Notes under the pieces: model-generated
What the model saw: only the letters and a program-made list of their open reading frames with translations
The model's database searches: none
Told to the model about the DNA's origin: nothing
Source: Fimbriimonadales bacterium
GTDB taxonomy: Bacteria > Armatimonadota > Fimbriimonadia > Fimbriimonadales > JABRVX01
Assembly: GCA_045862955.1 (NCBI GenBank)
Contig: BTVI01000011.1
Span: forward strand, 3,187-67,186
Direction: 5' to 3'
Length of the DNA: 64,000 bases
In this document: positions 58,438 through 64,000 of the stretch, piece after piece
How positions within the stretch are numbered: the first letter of the stretch is position 1
Layout: the number at the start of each line of letters is the position of its first letter
Made by a program: the position numbers and the translations under genes

Positions 58438-59723
58438 TTCGCCTTTTTCGCCCTACGCATCTCCTCGGCCAGCGACTTGATCTCCGTCAGGTCACGCTTC
58501 ATCTCGCTCCACCCATACCACAGCGCGTAGTCCGGGTTAGCATGGAACGTGCCCTGGAAAGTGCGCATCCGATGCTCGAGGAACATCACGAATAGCTTCT
58601 GCTCGATCTTCGTCGGCGCATCGTGGAACGTCAGCAGGTCGGGGAATGCAGCTCCGTAGCCTTCGGGCTTCTGAAGAGTGCCGTCGGCGTAGAGGCCAGC
58701 GACGATCCGAATGGCCTCCGCCATGAGATGGTCGGCCTCCTTGATCATCTCGTCACCCTTCTCCAGCACGTGACCCGCGAAGTTCGCCGAGTGGCACTGG
58801 TTGCAAGTCTTCAGCATCTTGTCCCGCTCTTTCTGCCAGTCCTCTTGGGTCAGGCGGGCAACATCCGCGGCCTTTACGGCTTCGAGCCTCGCCGTCGGTT
58901 TGCCGTCGGGGTCCAGTACGCCGAGTCCCTGAAGGATCGTCAGCCGGTCGGCGGCCCACTGCTTGTCCTCTGGCATGGGCAGTCGAACCGCGAGGAATCC
59001 CCAGGCGGTGCGGACGCCGTGGTGCCCGTCCTGCATGTGGCACGTCTGGCAGGTCGGGGCCGCTGTGCCCTCAGGCAGAACCCCGTTCTGCTTCAACAGG
59101 GCCCGAACACCGTGCTTCGACGAGGAGTACATCTCCCAGTGTGGATGGTCGAAGCCCATGTGGCAGGTCTGGCAGGCCTGAGGCTGCCGCGCCTCGGCCA
59201 GCGAGAATGCGTGACGCGTATGGCACGAGTCGCACGAGGCCACGCCGAAGTGATTAGCGCCGCCTTTGATCTGCTTGATTTCTTCCTCCGACTTGAGGCC
59301 GATCTTGTGGCAGCCGCCGCATCCAGCCATCCCGATGGTCAGTGCCATCGGCTGATAGTGGATCGTCGGCATCGCCTTCATCGCAACCCATGCCTTCGCA
59401 TGCTTGCCGCTCTTGAACTGCTCGACCTGCTCCTCGTGGCAGTCGTTGCAGGTGTCCGGCGTCGGAATCTTCACCTTCGCTACGTCAGCCGCGGACTTGT
59501 GCTCATCGCCGTGGCACACCGAGCAATCCACGTCGTTCTGACTATGCTTGCTCAGCTTCCATTCCGCCACGATCTGAGGGGTCACCTTCAGGTGGCAGGA
59601 AACGCAGTCGCTGGCTGCTTCCTGCTCTCCCTTCTTCGTGAAGTTCGCCAATCCGAACCACGGCAGCGCCGCTGCGATTCCCACAGTCGCAACTGCGGCC
59701 AGAACCGGCCTCGTGATACCCAT
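58434..59723 (-). CDS. Octaheme c-type cytochrome, hydroxylamine oxidoreductase (HAO) family
   Basis: Eight CxxCH: CVSCH, CSVCH, CNDCH, CGGCH, CDSCH, CQTCH, CQTCH, CNQCH. HAO-type block CDSCHTRHAFSLAEARQPQACQTCHMGFDHPHWEMYSSSKHG. ATG 59723 with AGGAGG RBS. N-terminal signal/anchor. Confidence 0.85.
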   Translation of the reverse strand: MGITRPVLAAVATVGIAAALPWFGLANFTKKGEQEAASDCVSCHLKVTPQIVAEWKLSKHSQNDVDCSVCHGDEHKSAADVAKVKIPTPDTCNDCHEEQVEQFKSGKHAKAWVAMKAMPTIHYQPMALTIGMAGCGGCHKIGLKSEEEIKQIKGGANHFGVASCDSCHTRHAFSLAEARQPQACQTCHMGFDHPHWEMYSSSKHGVRALLKQNGVLPEGTAAPTCQTCHMQDGHHGVRTAWGFLAVRLPMPEDKQWAADRLTILQGLGVLDPDGKPTARLEAVKAADVARLTQEDWQKERDKMLKTCNQCHSANFAGHVLEKGDEMIKEADHLMAEAIRIVAGLYADGTLQKPEGYGAAFPDLLTFHDAPTKIEQKLFVMFLEHRMRTFQGTFHANPDYALWYGWSEMKRDLTEIKSLAEEMRRAKKAN

Positions 59724-59870
59724 CGCTGTCCTCCTACGACATTGCTCCCTCGCCACGGCGACAATCGGTTCGTCGGGCCAGAGCTTGCGGATCTCACGTC
59801 AGTGTTCTCCGCCTACCGCCATGATTCCTCTTTGTCTCCGACTGCGAGATGGCTACCCACAAAATGGGTG

Positions 59871-59903
59871 GGGAGAAGCGGTGCGGGGGAGACCGCTTCT
59901 CCC
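59871..59903 (-). terminator. Strong hairpin, terminator candidate for the upstream envelope operon
   Basis: Perfect 12-bp stem GGGAGAAGCGGT / ACCGCTTCTCCC with a 9-nt loop. On the minus strand it is followed by CACCCATTTTGTGGG. Lies about 240 nt after stop 60141, so its function is uncertain. Confidence 0.4.
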
Positions 59904-60140
59904 ACAGGGGGTTATATGGTGAGGTGGAGACCGGGTTTACAGCGACATGGTATCACAGGGTTGTGGCATGTGTCAAGGCACTTTCGGATAGTCTTCGGGC
60001 AAATCTAGGCCAATCGGTCAAAAATCGGAGCCTCAGGACAAAACTTCGGATATTTATCCATGCTAAGTATTTCGCAGAGACCGCAATCCGCGAACCCTTG
60101 GCCTAATCGGTGTAGTGCCGCCGACAGCCGCCCTGCCGGG

Positions 60141-60884
60141 CTAGGAACCGGTCGGGAGCTTCGTACCCGGATCGCTCTCCGCCCCCTCGGGCTCGGGGTT
60201 GGCAAGACTGATCGTCGCGAGGTCGGGAGGGGATGAGGCCTCGAGACCATTTCGCTCGAGGAGAACTGTGCGAAGAATCTCTCGATACATGCGCGCGCGC
60301 TCCAGCGCGCCCCGAAAAAGACCCAGCTTCTCCTCCTTCATCGGGTGAGTCACTCCGCGTAACGGAACGCGTCGGACGGGCCACCGCTTGCGCCTCGCAT
60401 ACCGATTGATGCGAACCTCCACATCCATCCTCGAGCAGTCGAGCTTCGGAACCTCGAGGAAAAGGCTGCGGCGAATCGCCCTCTGTCCGCTGATGTTCGG
60501 CGAGACGCGTTGCGCTAGGTCGGTAAGAAACCTACCGCCGCAAAAGCGTCCGATGCACATAGCCGCCTCACCGCTAAGCACGGGTTGGAGCAGCACGTCT
60601 ACATGGCGGGGCGCAAGATTGCGAAGGTCGGCGTCGAGAAAGAGCAACACATCGGCCGATGTCACGAGCGCGCCGGCTCGCATCGCCGCGCCCTTGCCCA
60701 CATTGTGAGGCAGCCTGTACACCCGGACATTCGGGTGACGCATCGCGGCGCTCGCTGTGCCATCCGACGAACCATCGTCCACGACGATGATCTCAGAGAC
60801 CAGAGGACACGCTGCAACAGCTTCCAGCACCTGGCTGATGCGACCGGCCTCGTTGAAAGCCGGTACGATGCACGCGACCCTCAT
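60141..60884 (-). CDS. Glycosyltransferase family 2
   Basis: MRVACIVPAFNEAGRISQVLEAV...IIVVDDGSSDGT...NVGKGAAMRAG...LDADL. Confidence 0.85.
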   Translation of the reverse strand: MRVACIVPAFNEAGRISQVLEAVAACPLVSEIIVVDDGSSDGTASAAMRHPNVRVYRLPHNVGKGAAMRAGALVTSADVLLFLDADLRNLAPRHVDVLLQPVLSGEAAMCIGRFCGGRFLTDLAQRVSPNISGQRAIRRSLFLEVPKLDCSRMDVEVRINRYARRKRWPVRRVPLRGVTHPMKEEKLGLFRGALERARMYREILRTVLLERNGLEASSPPDLATISLANPEPEGAESDPGTKLPTGS

Positions 60885-61648
60885 GTCTTCGGGCCGGCTC
60901 CCTGTTGCTTTGCGATTTCCTCGTTTGCCTTGCGAATCCGATCTTTCGTTAGAGGGTGGGTCCGCAGTATCTTGTCGAGGTCCGATGTGCCGCCCTTTTC
61001 TTTCCGTTGCAGTTTGCCGAAGAAGCGAGTAAGCCCGTTGGGGTCGTACCCAGCGTTATATAGGTACCGAATGGCCAGGCGGTCGGCCTCGTACTCGTCC
61101 TCTCGACTGAAGTGAAGCTGGCCGAGGAGAGCTCCGATCTGCGCGACATCCTGTGCGGTGCCTTTGGTTCCGAGCCCGATGATCAGGTCGAGCCAAAAAC
61201 CCTGTGTGTACATCTTCGCTATGTGCCGCGCGTGAATGTGTGCGATCTCATGGGCGACAACAGACGCGACTTCGTCCGCATCACCTTCCGACAGGTCGAG
61301 CAACCCCTTGAACAGGTATACGGGCCCACCCGGCAGGGAGAACGCATTCACTTCCTTGGAGTCGAGAACTTTGAACGTGTACGGGTACTGCTCGACTTTG
61401 TTGCTAGCAAGAATGCGTTGCCCTATCTCCTGCACGAGGGCCTGATCCGCCGGGTTCGGTGAGAGTTTGTACTCCTTCTCGACCTCTTGGGATGCTTGCT
61501 GTCCGATGCGAATCTCCTCGCTCTTGGACATCAGCGCGGTGCTCTTGCAGCTCGAAGTGATCCCCACTCCCGCAAGGAGGCCGAGCACGGCAAGCTTCAC
61601 GAGACGCACCGCCCCCCGAAGTTCTCGCTGGCTATTCTGGCTTCGCAA
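60881..61648 (-). CDS. M48 family metallopeptidase (lipoprotein)
   Basis: HEIAHIHARH ... EYEADRLAIRY. N-terminal LLAGVGITSSC lipobox-like. Confidence 0.85.
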   Translation of the reverse strand: MRSQNSQRELRGAVRLVKLAVLGLLAGVGITSSCKSTALMSKSEEIRIGQQASQEVEKEYKLSPNPADQALVQEIGQRILASNKVEQYPYTFKVLDSKEVNAFSLPGGPVYLFKGLLDLSEGDADEVASVVAHEIAHIHARHIAKMYTQGFWLDLIIGLGTKGTAQDVAQIGALLGQLHFSREDEYEADRLAIRYLYNAGYDPNGLTRFFGKLQRKEKGGTSDLDKILRTHPLTKDRIRKANEEIAKQQGAGPKT

Positions 61649-62729
61649 AAAGGCTTCCCCCTTCGAAACGCCCTTTCAGACGCCTCTCCACATCATGCAA
61701 CCGTCGCTGCAGTCCACACTCCGCGTGGCCGAGCCAACCTCGGAGCGGCATCAGCAGCCGCCAGTGCATCTCGGTGTGCTCAGCTTTCCACCTGCTCTTG
61801 TACTTCTCCTCCCCTCGGAGGAAGTCGAACCATTCGCAGCCGTCCTCGATGGCGTCCCGAATCGCCTGGCCGACGAGCAGGGCGCCCGGGCTCAGCCGCC
61901 GGAACTCGGTGTCGAACCCTGCCTGGTAATACGCAAAGGTCTGACCGTACTGCACCCCGTAGAGCATCGCGATCGTTCGCCCCGAAGCCTCCAGAGCATA
62001 TAGCCTAAGCCACCCGCGCTCGGCCGCTTGTCGCGACCAGTCGAGGTGAAAGGCGCGCGCCCTCCGGCTGGCAAACGAACCAGGCAACCCGCGCCTGTGC
62101 CACCGGCTGGAATGCAGGGCGAACAAGGTTCTCATTCCCTCTTCGACCTCGACTCGGCCGAGTAGCCTGATTCTTCCGCCGATCGCAGCCAGATCGCGAT
62201 GACCCCGCTTCAGGTTCGAGCGCATCTTGGCGGACAGCATCCGGATGTACTGGTCCCAGCTCCTCGGCAGCTGTAGGCGCACGGCTCGCGCATCGGGAGT
62301 GCAGTGCTCCGCATAACGCACATGGATAGGACTGCCGTCGGGGATCTGCCGTAGGTCCAGGTAGGCTGCCGGAGTCTGTTCGAGCTGCCGCGCTACGAGA
62401 TCGGCGACCGCGGCGGAATGACCAGGCAAGGCGATAACTCCCAAGTAATCAGAGTTCCCAGACCCGATCCAACGGAACGGACGCCCCGGTGACTTGCCGA
62501 CGAATCCGGGTGCAATGCCGATCGTAGAGTGGCCTTCCCTGACCCTCAAAGCCAATGGGCTACCGGACCCGAAGTGCCGCCACCACGTCGAGTTCCATTC
62601 CCACGTCTGGAAAAAAGTGCGTGCGCCACCTCGTTCCTGCAGGTCGCACCACTCGTCTCGAAGCGAGGCTAGCGTCTCGGATCCCCAGAAGCACTCGATA
62701 CTCGGGGCGGGTCGCTCTAACCCAAGCAC
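61632..62729 (-). CDS. GNAT-fold acetyltransferase (BioF2/CelD-like, Acetyltransf_6-type)
   Basis: 365 aa, ...TWEWNSTWWRHFG...LYALEASGRTIAMLYGVQYGQTFAYYQAGFD...GALLVGQAIRDAIEDG...FDFLRGEEKYKSRW. Confidence 0.7.
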   Translation of the reverse strand: MLGLERPAPSIECFWGSETLASLRDEWCDLQERGGARTFFQTWEWNSTWWRHFGSGSPLALRVREGHSTIGIAPGFVGKSPGRPFRWIGSGNSDYLGVIALPGHSAAVADLVARQLEQTPAAYLDLRQIPDGSPIHVRYAEHCTPDARAVRLQLPRSWDQYIRMLSAKMRSNLKRGHRDLAAIGGRIRLLGRVEVEEGMRTLFALHSSRWHRRGLPGSFASRRARAFHLDWSRQAAERGWLRLYALEASGRTIAMLYGVQYGQTFAYYQAGFDTEFRRLSPGALLVGQAIRDAIEDGCEWFDFLRGEEKYKSRWKAEHTEMHWRLLMPLRGWLGHAECGLQRRLHDVERRLKGRFEGGSLFAKPE

Positions 62730-62832
62730 GAAGCGGAGTATAGCACGCCTTCCTCCGGTGCGCCGCCGATAATCCTAAGGGATATCCGCCCCGAGACCCG
62801 ATCGAGGCGGAACCGAAGGGGAGGCTGCAAGG

Positions 62833-64000
62833 ATGAAAGGTTGCGTCGCGCAGTGCAAGCGATTCTGGCTGTCCGAGACCGAGACGGCGATAGACAGGCA
62901 CGTGCGATCGCTGCGCCGGCACCCCTCCATCGTCTTCGCTCAGCAGGTGCGGGTCGGGGCCGAGTACCCTTATCCCGTTTTCATGCCGCCGGCAGCAAGC
63001 GGGAGTCCACTCCAGGCGCTCACGCGAGGTCGCCTCATGTCCCCCGCAGTCCGGGATTGGCTCTGCCTGGAGTTCCTTTGTCGCGACGTCCGCCTAGTCC
63101 ACGCGCACTTCGCCACCGATGCCATCTTCTATTCACCCGCAGCCGAGGCGGCAGACGTGCCGATGCTGGTGTCCTGCCACGGGCACGACGTCTACCGCTT
63201 CCCGCGAACATTCTCGGGGCTCGCTCGCTGGATGCTGCGCCGGCTGTTTTCGAAGGCAGCGATGGTCACTGCCGTCTCCGAACACATGCGAGGGGAAATC
63301 ATTTCCCTAGGCTGTCCTCCGGACAAGGTCAGAACGGTGCGCGTGGGCATAGACCTAGCCGACAGGGAGTTTCGACCCCCGACACCCAATCCGCGCCGCA
63401 CCCGTTTCGCCTGCATCGCTGGACTGCGACCGAAGAAGGGCATCCCCTATCTCATCGAAGCATTCGGTAAGGTAGCGACCGTGCGCTCGGACGCCGAACT
63501 CGTGATCGTGGGAGATGGACCGATGCGCCCGAGGATCGAGCGATGCATCGAGCAGCATCGCCTGTGGGGCAAGGTAGTGCTCACCGGAGCGCTGCGCCCC
63601 CATGAGATAAGGAGGGTGCTCGAGACAGCCCACATCTACGTGCAGCCGAGCGTAACTGCGCCCGACGGGGACCGGGAGGGCATTCCGGCCACGTTGATGG
63701 AGGCGATGGCCCGGGGCCTGCCCGTCATCGCTACCAGGCATTCGGGCATCCCGGAACTCGTGCAAGACGGAGTCAGTGGGTACCTGGTGGACGAACGCGA
63801 CCCATCGGCGCTGGCCGAGGCCATGCTGCTCTCGATGGAGCGCTCGCATTCCTGGGAGGCGATGGGGCAAGCAGGTCGCGCCGCCATCGAGCGCGATCAC
63901 GATCTGACGAAGCAGACGGCAGTCGTCGAGGACCTTTACGAGGAGCTGCTGACCGTCCAAGACAGTGCAGTGGTGATCCCCATCGGCCAGGTGAGGCCCG
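62833..64000 (+). CDS. GT4 glycosyltransferase (WcaL-like), 3' end beyond window
   Basis: Not in ORF track (no stop). Hand translation from ATG 62833 (GGGGAGG RBS) is open to 64000: ...LVIVGDGPMRPRIE...EGIPATLMEAMARGLPVIATRHSGIPELVQDGVSGYLV (E-x7-E). Confidence 0.8.
   Translation, partial: MKGCVAQCKRFWLSETETAIDRHVRSLRRHPSIVFAQQVRVGAEYPYPVFMPPAASGSPLQALTRGRLMSPAVRDWLCLEFLCRDVRLVHAHFATDAIFYSPAAEAADVPMLVSCHGHDVYRFPRTFSGLARWMLRRLFSKAAMVTAVSEHMRGEIISLGCPPDKVRTVRVGIDLADREFRPPTPNPRRTRFACIAGLRPKKGIPYLIEAFGKVATVRSDAELVIVGDGPMRPRIERCIEQHRLWGKVVLTGALRPHEIRRVLETAHIYVQPSVTAPDGDREGIPATLMEAMARGLPVIATRHSGIPELVQDGVSGYLVDERDPSALAEAMLLSMERSHSWEAMGQAGRAAIERDHDLTKQTAVVEDLYEELLTVQDSAVVIPIGQVRP

Noticed and set aside
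59761-60110. Recurring ATCGGT/ATCGGA hexamers and an AT-rich patch upstream of the cytochrome gene
   Set aside because: Four short matches over 350 nt with irregular spacing. Not distinguishable from chance without statistics.
62841-63470. 209-aa plus-strand ORF
   Set aside because: It is out of frame with, and fully inside, the clearly recognisable GT4 glycosyltransferase frame that starts at 62833. Its translation is Arg/Pro-rich.

Overview
GC-rich bacterial chromosomal window. A DUF1559 prepilin-like protein plus PEP-CTERM and dockerin-tagged secreted proteins hint at an Armatimonadota/PVC-like lineage, but that is only a guess. No rRNA, tRNA or CRISPR-cas genes were recognised.

Most of the window is housekeeping:
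- ispD (partial), a PIN/TRAM gene and atpD-atpC.
- A ferredoxin + pyruvate:ferredoxin-oxidoreductase-type operon, transcribed divergently from an 11-gene nuo operon (nuoABCDHIJKLMN, no nuoEFG).
- A CNNM/CorC gene, korAB, two ACT-domain malic-enzyme paralogs and uvrC.
- ffh-rpsP-KH-rimM, carB, GH36-like and GH78 glycosidases, an HAO-family octaheme cytochrome and envelope glycosyltransferases.

The accessory region is about 11.45-17.0 kb. On the minus strand it is a polymorphic-toxin locus made only of truncated RHS-type cassettes:
- A signal-peptide mini-toxin interrupted by a 10-nt deletion exactly at the DPxGL junction.
- Two orphan C-terminal-toxin/immunity modules.
- A 43-codon RHS stub and a Trp-rich tail remnant.

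The decayed 3' end of this array is filled with 13.5 copies of a 25-nt palindromic hairpin. Two sets form strict 50-bp tandem arrays, and a separate MITE-like inverted repeat lies between them. The toxin A domain (glycine-zipper segment plus Trp/Arg/His/Pro-rich tail) and its membrane-anchored immunity partner are families I cannot name. This is my best candidate for something undescribed.

Other decay signatures:
- A displaced copy of the last 63 nt of the malic-enzyme gene, 1.8 kb downstream of the intact gene. It flanks a triply disrupted PQQ-like PEP-CTERM pseudogene.
- A degraded MNT-HEPN pair.

All coordinates, alignments and identity statements were made by hand from the sequence and the ORF track. 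No database search was possible.
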